Source of the DNA: Anthoceros angustus
Taxonomy: Eukaryota; Plantae; Anthocerotophyta
NCBI GenBank assembly: GCA_010909165.1
Contig: VJWM01000192.1
Span: 357,411 to 421,410 of the forward strand
Direction: 5' to 3'
DNA length: 64,000 nucleotides
The notes beneath the pieces are model-generated. The model saw only the letters and a program-made list of their open reading frames with translations, had not been told where the DNA came from and made no database searches. A program made the translations under genes and the position numbers. This document shows positions 1 through 10,478 of this stretch, one piece after another; position 1 is the first letter of the stretch, and the number at the start of each line of letters is the position of its first letter.

Positions 1-54
1 TATTACAAAGGGAAGTCCGATGGCCTAGCAAGTGAGAAGCAGGAGTGGGACAAT

Positions 55-684
55 GTGGCTAGAGGACTCAAAGAGGAGCTCCGCATCACAAGGGAACTCC
101 TGGACCAGCAGCGACAACAATCGAACCACCTTGCCAACGCCTACGGGACGGAGGACAGGAACTGCAGGAAGGAAGTGCTGACGGTCCGGCATACCTTGAA
201 GGCAGTACAAGCCCTCAGGGAGGAACAAGCTAGAGCCACGGCAGTAGCAGTAAAGCGCTTGGTAACAGATGCCAAGAAAAAAGATGAGGAGATTGGGAAG
301 CTCACCTTGGAACTGGAAAGGGCAGAGATCGAAAGAGAGACCGCTGTAACGAAGGTGGCAAATATAGCCGAGTGGGAGGAGCGCGTCAACCCACTACGAG
401 TTAGAATCATGGACGTACAGAAGAGGGAGAGTGGCAGAGTGGCCACTTACTACAACAACCTCTTGGAGACCATCGAGGAAAGATACAACAAGGAGGAAGA
501 GGAAATGGATCTGGCCATCCTAACGCCTAAGGGCATGGCAGCTTTGGAGGCCGAAGTGGCCGGATGGTATGAGGAGAGACGGGCTGTATTGGACATAGCC
601 AGGCAAGCGAGTGAAGAAGCACCCGAGACCACCCCCCGTAGGACCTTCCTTGGTGGGAGCATCGGACGAGGAAGAGGGAGGTAA
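55..684 (+). mobile_element. Coiled-coil accessory ORF of an unclassified repeat element (probably 5'-truncated by the window edge)
   Basis: 209-aa E/K/R-rich heptad-like ORF. It is followed by a T-tract/GGGTGTG motif at ~990 and a further fragmented charged ORF (~1490-2040). No RT or transposase motif seen. Confidence 0.4.
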
Positions 685-3245
685 GCCTGATCCTACCAGT
701 GCATCTACACGGGTAGACACTATGGCGGCCAGGGGAAATTCGTCTTCTCTGAAGGGAGGACAGGAAGAAAGGGGAGAAGACCCCGGAGGGAAAACTGTGG
801 AGCTACCTAAGTCCACTGGTAGGTGTGGAGAGGTAGGAGGTGTACCTCCTACCAATGGTATGGTAGGAGGGGAACCTCCTACGGATGAACCGGTAGGTGG
901 AGCACCCCCTACCAGAGAAGAAGGGGAGATTGTTTCTTCCTGTGGAAGACCACATGTACACTAACCCCTCTCCGAAGTGTCGGGATGAACGATTTTTTTT
1001 GTTTTGGGTGTGTTAGTATAGCAAAGTGCTTTGAGAATCGCTGGTAAGGCCTTTATACGGAATGGTCCTTGGCCCTTGGTGATAATAATTTTCTTTTTTT
1101 CGGACCTTAGGTTTCGACCCCGGATAGGTAGGTCGGAAATAGAGTTCTTGGGTTTTGGTGATTTTTGGAATATGAGGTGTCTATATATGCTAGGAACGCT
1201 GACAATATGCCACAGTTGGGTAGTCAAGTGGGGAGGTGGCCAGTTCCACCACGGTGGCCGAAGAACGGGACGTACAGACCAGGGGGAGTTTACAACCCTA
1301 GTGGCGGAGCTACCGCCACCGAGCGCAATCGAGAGAAGGACACACGACCGCGAGGTCGCGTCCCGTGCCAGACGCCGAGCGAAGCCGGCAGAAAGCCGGG
1401 CGCGCACATGCAAGGCGCTGGGCCGAGTCTTTGTTTCATTGCAGTAGAACGGGTCATGTCGAACGGGCGGTGGCGGCGGAGGAAGGAAACCAGTGGCGGC
1501 GGAGGAAGGAAAAGAGGCGCTGAGGCAAGAGCGCCAGCGCGAAGAGGAGTGGAAGAAGCGTGCAAGGGTGGTGTTCCCTTTTTCTGACCAGCGTCTGCAG
1601 GTGGGTCGAGTTTCTTTTTTCTGGGGAAACAAGGAGGAGAGGGAGGGGGTAGAAACTACTGGCTGCACATCTTGACCGCCACAGGAGTTTACCAGTTGTT
1701 CCTTCGAATAGGAGCTGGCGCCTACCCCCCGCAGGTAGTGCTGGAGGAGATGAGCGAGGCGGAGGCCAGAGCATGGAGGGAGGAGCACACGGTATGGCTG
1801 TCCAGTGAGGAGGAGCGGGACAACGGATGTAGAGGCCACAGGCGCGCAACGCCCACGGAAAGGCGCGAGGAAACCGCAGGCAGCGAGAGCGAGGTGGAGG
1901 TTTTGGGGAAAATCGCTCGGATCAGAGGCGTGGCGGCGAGAGGGACCTATGGGTCAGAGCTGTGCAAGCGAGTGAAGAAGCACCCGAGACCACCCCGTGG
2001 GACCTTCCTTGGTGGAGCATCGGACGAGGAAGAGGGAGGTGGCTGATCCTACCAAAGGCATCTACAGGTAGACACTATGGCGGCGGGGGAAAATCTTCTC
2101 CAAGGAGGACGGGGAAGAAAGGGAGAAGACCCCGGGAAAACCTGTGGAGCTACCTAAGTCCACCTGGTAGGTGTGGAGAGGTAGGAGGTGTACCTCCTAC
2201 CAATGGTATGGTAGGAGAGGGAACCTCCTACTACGGATGAACCCAGTAGGTGGAGCACCCCCGTAGAAGAAGGGAGATTGTTTCTTCCTGGAAGACCACA
2301 TGTACACTAACCCCTCTCCAAGTGTCGGGATGAACGATTTTTTGTTTTGGGTGTGTTAGTATAGCAAAGTGCTTTGAGAATCGCTGGGCGGGCCTTTATA
2401 CGGGAATGGTCCTTGGCCCTTGGTGATAATAATTTTCTTCGGACCTTAGGTTTCGACCGGATAGGTAGGTCGGAAATAGAGTTCTTAGGTTTTGGTGATT
2501 TTTGGAATATGAGGTGTCTATATATATGCTAGGAACGCCGACAATATGCCACAGTTGGGTAGTCAAGTGGGAGGTGGCCGCCCACCACGGTGGTCAAGAA
2601 CATGGCAGGGGACGTCTGGAGTTTACAACCCTAGTGGCGGGCTGGCGCGCGGTCGGGCGCAGGCGAGAGAAGGACACACCCGGCACATGAGGTCGCCAAT
2701 TCGAGCCAGGGGACGTCGAGCTGCGGCAAAAGGCGGCGCCATGCAATGCGCTGGGCCGAGTCTTTGTTTCATTGCAGACAGTAGAAGCGGGCGCGTCTAA
2801 TGTCGAGCGGTGGCGGCGGAGGAAGGAAACCAGTAGCAGTAGCGAAGGAAAAGAGGCTGAGGCAAGAGCGCCAACGGTGAAGAGGAGTGGGCGTGCAAGG
2901 GTGGTGTTCCTTTTTCGACCACGTCGCAGTGGGTCGAGTTTCTTTTCGGGGAAACAAGGAGGAGAGGGAGGTAGAAACTCGCACATCTTGACCGCCATGA
3001 GGAGTTTACCAGTTGTTCCTTGAATAGGAGTCGGCGCCTACCCCGCAGTAGTCTTGGAGAAGAGCGAGGCGGAGGCCGGAGCATGGAGGGAGGAGCACAC
3101 TGCATTATGGCTGGTCAGTGAGGAGGCGGGACAACGGATGTAGAGGCCAGTGGCGCGCACGGAAGGCGAGGAAACCGCAGTGAGGCAAGAGCGAGGTGGA
3201 GGTTTTAGGGAAAATCGCTCGGATCGGGCGTGGCCGTGAGCGAGA
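606..3245 (+). repeat. ~1.36-kb tandem duplication; second copy deletion-riddled
   Basis: GCGAGTGAAGAAGCACCCGAGACC recurs at ~606 and ~1968, and the downstream sequence is colinear. Copy 2 has many 1-nt deletions. Confidence 0.9.
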
Positions 3246-5029
3246 GGACCCCTATGGGCCGTGAGAATCATGAGGCGGCAAATATTGATTTTAGGCAGGC
3301 CGCGACATCATAGGTCCGAGGTTTCCTTTTGGGGTTAGGGGATAGGGTGTTCTGAGAGCCTGCAGAGCTGTAGTTTCCTGGATTGGTAGGGGTGCTCGTG
3401 GTAAGAGCTACAATTTTTAGACACTGGCGATGCGTCTCCTGCTGATTGGCTCCTTCACCCTCTTTTTGCTCATGTCCCCTCCCCAGCTTCTGTCTTCTTC
3501 CTAGCTTGTGGGCCCTACTAGAAATGGGCACCCTATGTTACACTTTATGTTAAGATTTGGACCCCTGGATGTAACACTCATGTTGCAATTTTGGGGTCAT
3601 GTAACACTTTTTGGGCCCCTTGTTACACTTTGGCTTGGAAACCATACTACGGCTGTTGTTGCAATCATGTTGCAATGGTGTTGCACTTATGTTAAGATGA
3701 AGTGAGAGGTGGTTTTTCCCTCTCTCAAAATTGCAACATGATTGCAACATCTAAAGTGTTACAAGAGAGGTCTTGTAATACTTTTGGAGGCTTGGTACCG
3801 AACCTCCTCCCCATCCACCATTGCCCTTTTACTTTTCCCCTTTGAAATACCACGTTTTACTTGGTAGTTACCACCGATACGCCCTTCAATACGACCATAT
3901 ATAAATACCTATACCAATACATCCTTATACTATACGCATGTACTCTACGGTGATAAATGTACTATATTATTCTAAGTGCTATACATTCGTATTCAATTTC
4001 ATATAAAATAAGTTTGTATATTACGCGTATTATATAGTACACTGGTATGTACATATTCATGGTACGATACTTTGTATTTACTATACCTGTAAATAGCGAC
4101 GGCCCTTTATACCCCTACTTTATAGCATGCTGGCTTGCGATTTGTCCTTCCCACGTCACCAATAGCCATCGGCTTCCTGCCATGGCGCCCAAGAAGATAC
4201 TGTCCCCACCTATCACCTTATTGTAACGCATCACAGTGAGGTTATGCCCCTACAAGATTGTGCTGTGCGGAGGAGATTTGGTATCGTTGGCTTATGCTTT
4301 TACGCCTCCATGTAAGGCACTTCCTACTCCATCGTATGCACCTACAGAAACTTCCGCCTCCTGCTCGATTCGCAATTTTCTTCTTCCTCCCCTATGCTCG
4401 CCGAGGCAAGGTTTGCCACTTCCACGCTTCCTCCTCGCCCGCAGTACACGTTGCACATACAAACCAGCATGGCCATCATGAGTTATCGAGCGTTAATGGA
4501 TTTCCACAGCAAAGCTGACCATTTGCCTTACCTTCCCTCCATTCCCTCCTCTTTTCTTCTGCCCTTCTTGTTGGACATTTTCCTCTTCCGTCCTCCTTCT
4601 TCCGGCTGTCGCAGCCCGTGCCCTTGTCACTCGCCCACCGCCGGCTGCCGCCTCTACTCCTCCTCCCGTTTTCCTCTTTCGGCCTCCAACACCATAATAT
4701 TTGAACCGGCGGAATATACGAACCGAAAACCCGGACCAAATTGGGTTCCCATCCAAATCGTAGTCCGTAAGTTTAGTGCTTGAGGTTTGCGCATCCCGTT
4801 TTGTGGGTGCTTTCACACGAATGTGGGTATGTTGGTGCATTCGGACCTCTCAGACGGTTTAATGTCTTATAGGTGTGAAACGAGATCTACGGATATTTTG
4901 CAGCCAAGAAGTCATCCTTGACAAAACGAATAACAATGTCACTCATAGTTAAAGAAGGAAGAACGGCGCGGCATGCGCCTGCCTTAGTTCTAACCATGCG
5001 TTATGGTACTTTCAAAACTAAACTAGACT

Positions 5030-7578
5030 CACTTCCCCTCGGGGATTCTCGGCTTGAGGCGTGGCTCGGAGGCATTGTCCCGACACGCTATCTAACACAA
5101 CTTCCGTCCTTCGAGTCGAGCATCCTCGGGATCCTCGAAATTGTCGTTTCGACCATAGCATTTCCGTGATATCGACCGCATCCTCCTTGCTCTTCTCCAA
5201 ATAGTCGGGATGCCACAATGCGAGACGGTTTCTTGGCGATCATCTATAAGATCTCCGTCTTCTCTTTCATCCCGCTCAACCCAAGTGGGACTACGGGCTG
5301 GGATGCATCCTTCTCGGACAAGCTCAATTCTTTTGCCCGACTGGGTGGGGCCTCGGCGGTGTGGCTCATGGGTCAACTCCTCCTCTGCGTCCGGTAAAAC
5401 TTCATAGCCATGAATCCTTTGCGGAATGAACTCGCAGGCTTTGTCAACCTCCACGGCAATGCAATTTCGCCACAAAGGAGTGCCGCTAATGTCGTTGTTC
5501 CACTCCACGCATGCATCTAATATCCAATCTCCTTCTGGAGAAGTTCTTGATCAACTTCATCATTAGACCCGGTGGCCTCGATGCGGAAACAACCAGCTTG
5601 TCGACATGTATAATAACTTCTTCACCACGGTGTGTGTGCAATAACCGCCGCCCATTATTGAAAGAGCCACGCAAGGTATTCGAAAGATGGACACCTTTGT
5701 CTTCTTGCTCGTGCGGTCACACCCACCCCACGATGATGTACTCCATGTCAAAGCCTCCTTGGTCATTGTGCATATTAGTTTTGTCCCAAACAAATGAGAC
5801 CATGCCTCCACCTGCACACCACTTCCTCATACTCTCCCTGACAATATGCAGCTCTTCCACACCATGCATTACTATCATTCTGATCTCGTCGCACATTGTC
5901 ATATCATGGAAGGAATGAAATATGTTTGCCATTTGCGCCTGCTCAAGTTTGACATCATACTTCCCCTTGTTGAATCCCCTGGGGACATCCATCACCAGCG
6001 TTGTATACTTCCGACTCCAAAGAAACCCTCTCATTTCTGCCACATCTCTGCGCACCACTTGATACTTCACTAACTCCTCTGTTTTGGGCACAGTAAAAGA
6101 TTGCAGCCCTTCCTCCATGTCCATGTCCGCAAGTGCCCTCTGCTCATCCTCCAGCCCTTTCCATGTGTGGACCTCTAATATAAAAGCACGGAAATCTTGG
6201 TAGCTTTTTCAGGTCTTCAACATCTTTAACTTGCTGCAAAATAACACAAAACAAGTGAGGTTGCCGAAAGTCAGATTGCGGGGACAATAGGGAAAGGGAG
6301 GGCGCCGGCATGCCGGCGCCCTCCAATAGTTCTATACTGGTAAGAACAGCAAAACTCACCTTCCCTTCGAAAGCGGTCTGAAATCTGGCAATGACTTCAT
6401 CCGTTGAGTGCACCGGGTACTCCTTCCTCACCATCTCGAATGAATTGCAGCCTAGATGCTTCGCCATAGCCACTTGGATCACATGTAGTTTCTTCCGAAG
6501 AGTGATCTCCTTGGCCATACCATTGAGGTCTATGAGACCTGTCACGACCTTCTCAGTGACACTGATCAACATCTTTTGGCCAGTCTCACCCGGTGGAATA
6601 CCCTGAAAACTTCGCCAAGGCTTCCCTTGCATGTCCTTTGGCTTCACAAAACTTTGGTCCACCGACTTCGCCTCATCCGCAGTCTTCCGTTTCCCCTTGC
6701 TCTTTTTGCTTGTCCTGCGGCAACATGTTTGGCTTGTTCTGGCAATTCCATGGCCTCCCACTTCGTGAAGATCTTATCGACATTTTCCCACACTCTCCCC
6801 TCAAGTTTGGCGATGCAAAGGATATGTGTGCGATTGTCGACCTTGTTTTGCTTGTACTGCTCATCCTCTCTGGCCTCATCATCATCTATCAAGCCCAGCA
6901 CCTTATATAGGTTGAACTTCCAGTTCATGGTCATATTGACTCCGTCCCTTTTTGCTATCTGCAACTCATCTCGCAGATACCGAACTTGCTCAATGAACGT
7001 CATCTTCCTCCGTTTGTCAGACATGGTGTTGTGGTCTGTGGCCAGAACCCTCATCTCCTGTAAGTGAGCCCACAATAGACATGGGCTTCCATCCATTGGA
7101 ATCTCGCCTTCGATGGAGATATGTCTGCCAGATGCTTCATCGCTGCATAGGTGTGATTGCCCCCGAGCACTCCCATCACATACTTCTTGGCTCTAAACTT
7201 ATTCCAGTCTATAGATTGAATGTCGCTGCAGTCCGATGGGTCAATCATGCACAGTAGAGGCAGCACACCTTCCTCAACCCGACCTTTCGAAATAACTCGA
7301 GCCAGGTAGTTGGTCCATGCCTCGTCCACAATCCGAATCTGTGCATCTGGAGTAAGAAAGGATGCAGGCCTTAAATTCTCTAGCTTCAGAAGAACTGTTT
7401 CCGGAACCACTTTCTTCGCGTAAGCAGACTCTCTGATATTTCGCAAATAATCTTCATCCTGGATGGAGGCCTCCAGCCTCTCCCCATCAGTCGCAACATG
7501 TATAGTCGGAATATCGCTGGTATCGGCAGCTCCTGCTACGACAAACAACATGGCAATGGTGGACGGCAGTGGGAGCAT
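5030..7578 (-). pseudogene. ParB/Srx-like domain fused to a beta-class N4C/N6A DNA methyltransferase (frameshifted as assembled)
   Basis: Stitched from ORFs 7051-7578, 6644-7096, 6144-6761, 5717-6124, 5486-5674 and 5092-5508. ParB-like part: IRIVDEAWTNYLARVI..PLLCMID..GVLGGNHTYAA..EAHVYCGLT..EMRVLATDHN. MTase part: TLVMDVPRG (motif IV position), VSFVWDKTN..MEYIIVG, RPPGLMMKLIKNFS-EGDWILDAC-SGTTTLAALLC-RNCIAVEVD (motifs X and I). Candidate GTGAGT..TTTGCAG intron at 6359-6234. Confidence 0.75.
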
Positions 7579-7628
7579 TGCAATTAATTGTGCCTCTTTC
7601 TACACAGCTGTCAACACTGTAGGAACAC

Positions 7629-7658
7629 GTCGTGGACTCATACGTTTGAGTCCACGAC
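7629..7658. other. Perfect 12-bp inverted repeat (hairpin) upstream of the ParB-MTase start
   Basis: GTCGTGGACTCA-tacgtt-TGAGTCCACGAC. Confidence 0.85.
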
Positions 7659-8586
7659 TGGTCGGGTACATGGTGCTTGGCATGTATGGGTTCGACCGTA
7701 CATTCATGCTAATTGGGAATATAGGGGATTTCTCGACCGTGACGACATCACCATGTCATGGATTCCCATATGGCACATGCCCTAGGATACCCACTACATG
7801 AAAAAAGAGGCTAGACGTTTTCGCGTTTGCGCAACCCCAACCGGGCGTGAGGACGAGTGGAACCCGCAATTCCACATGGCGCGAGGGTTCCAACATATTT
7901 TAATTTCATGGAGCATTGGAAAATGGCGCGAGGAGAGAGGCCAATCGGACCACACATGGGATGGCTTGGATCTACATTATTCAAAGCCGGTTCACGATCC
8001 CGATCACCAATGAAACAAGAAATGGGGACATGGGTTGGCATAGTCTCTCCCATACCATCTGTTGTTACGTTTTTCTTCACCATAACAAGAACTACAACAA
8101 AAAAACGTTACATATCCACCTAGTTTGTAGTAGTGAATGATGCCGGTGAAGGGGAAGACCAATGTATACGTAGAGGAAGTGTTCAATCTACCTTCGCCTG
8201 CGTCGAAAAGTGTTTTCAGTCAGGAAGGGGGTGGAAGGAATGAGAAGTTCATCTAGTTGGCCATCTCAAATTTACAAGCAAAGTAGATAGTAAGTATGAT
8301 GCAGCAGGGATTGTCTCTGCTTTGCGCATGGCTAGCAAGTTTGTTGGTCTAATGTCTCTGCTTCGTGTGTGGCTAGCAAGTTCGTCAACTTGAGGATCGA
8401 CATGATAGATATTGCCAGCTTGATGGGATCTTGAGGTTTGTCGTGAAAAGTTTTACGTTCATGAGTTTGGAGGCTTTGCATACTTCATATAGTGTAGCAT
8501 TTCCTTCCTTCCAGCACATAAGTGAGCATTGGGCGCAAGTGAGCTGCACCTTGAAAACATATAGGTACATATATATACGGTGAAAG

Positions 8587-8587
<1 letters not shown>

Positions 8588-8627
<40 letters not shown>
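8588..8627. repeat. (TA)n microsatellite
   Basis: About 20 uninterrupted TA units. Confidence 0.97.
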
Positions 8628-8633
<6 letters not shown>

Positions 8634-9380
8634 CACCAATAAATAAATATTTTTAGTGCTACATGGTACAAAATATGTATAAATCAAAGACTGGAGAAAA
8701 AAATTAAAACTTAAACCTCAAAAAACAGACGGAGTAACGCACTGGTGAAATAAGGTAGAAAGATGAAAAATTAAAAGAGGTAAAAGCATTGGTAGCTGCC
8801 CTATTGAGAAGATGCATGTATTGCATGCTTCATGCAATCTCTTATTAGAGAGGAATTGCTGCAGCCACTAATGAAGAGCTGCCTAGGTCCGAGGATTCTT
8901 AGTGCTTAGTGATCTGCAAGAATCCCCTGATTTAGTAGCTGCTTAGTTGAGGCGAGCCTGCGGGATACATGAGCGCTAGAGCAAGGGCTTAGTATCATTG
9001 AGTTTAATGTGCGCTACAAGCCTTGTGTTGAGAGAGTTATCCACAGCTTAAAAGTGAGCTTGTCATTGAGTCAAGGGCAGTGGCCAGTTGGGCGTAGATA
9101 GCCAGACGTATGCAAGTCGTCAATTAACAGCAGGCTACTTGGAGCCTTAGGCTCCAAGTACTAGGCACAGCACAGCACACGATACAACACTAGGCTAGTG
9201 CTGTGTCGTGAGATTGAGAGTGCTGAGAGTTGTGCAAGTCTCTATGTGGAGTTAACTAGAGAGGTCCTAGACCGCTGGGAAACCAGCACTTGTCGCTTCC
9301 TTACTGGCTGTGTAGTTAGGGGCATGACTGATGTGCACTTTCAATACATCATATGGGCGCGCTCATAGTTTTTAAAATGT

Positions 9381-9546
9381 TGTTTAAATTTTGGCACCCA
9401 TACTTGTAAGGACTTGTAGGACAAAAGGGCCGAGGAACTCTTTGGGTGGGGGTGGCAAGAAGGTGTTTAAATTTTGGCACCCATACTTGTAAGGACTTAT
9501 AGGACAGAAGGGCATGAGAACTCTTTGGGTGGGGGTGGCAAGAAGG
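9381..9546 (+). repeat. 83-bp tandem repeat, 2 copies
   Basis: TGTTTAAATTTTGGCACCCATACTTGTAAGGAC... starts at 9381 and 9464, with a few substitutions. Confidence 0.9.
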
Positions 9547-10478
9547 TGAGTAGCCCGAAATGGCTGCAAAATTGTGCGCTCTTAAGGAGCAGGACTTCCC
9601 GCTGGCAATGTTCCCCCTGTGTACACACAAAGATTGAAGCATCTTACGCAAACGATCATTCAAAGAAAGTCAGCAAGGTGCAACAATGCTTAGAATGCAA
9701 AAATCAAGACGGCCCCACACACTCCGACATTGCGCATAGGAGCTCGTAATCACAATCCGGAAAAGGAACGAAGCAAAGCAAAACACCGCACTCTGGTTGT
9801 GGCAAGAATTGCGCACATCGTAGCTACACAGAGCACAATCTAATCCTTTGATGCAAAGGATGCAGGGTTTGCTGGCGCACCGCGTTGGCAGCAACTAGAA
9901 CCGAGAAATGATTGCTTTGCACATGGCGTTGTCCATGGCAGCGTGGACCTTGCAAATAGCTTGTTCAACTCCGCCAAGCGCGCCGCCAGGGCACGGCCGT
10001 GTGCTCGTAGCAGGCTGTGCACTGGCAGCACGGACGGCAACGGTGGCACTCCTCGATTGAAGCTTACCTCCAGCGGCCATCTAGGGCTCAAAGCAGGACG
10101 GTGACGAGAGAGGCAGCAAAGCTAGTACGATGCAATCATGGCTCACCTTGCCTCTCGACTGGTCAGCCTTCAGATTTGAGTATCAGCAATAACTGCTAGG
10201 ATTTCCTCGTTAGGACCATCAAATTACAAAGCCGAATACAGCACCAACTGAGTATTATGCGAGAGGGGTGAACAACCATACACCAGAGCACATGGGAAAT
10301 CTGCGCACACTCACAGACCCGTATGGAGCTTTGTACAAAACTAAGCAAAGTGAATTCCTATCACTAATTCTGTTTATGTTCGATGGTCTTGAGGACACCT
10401 CAATCCTAATCCCTAGATCATGAACCCAAAAACCTTAAACCCTAAACCTAAAAAACATCATAAAATATTGTCTTTACA

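Noticed and set aside
4200-8300. ParB-MTase as part of a prophage or bacterial contaminant contig
   Set aside because: No phage or bacterial neighbours and no operon structure. Plant-like splice signals and plant repeats flank it. Read-level confirmation is still desirable.
8385-8687. 100-aa ORF with an IYIYIY run
   Set aside because: It is a translation of the (TA)n microsatellite.
10425-10452. Telomere-like AAACCCT/TTTAGG runs (also ~17672-17710)
   Set aside because: Only 2-4 degenerate units, too short to call interstitial telomeric arrays.
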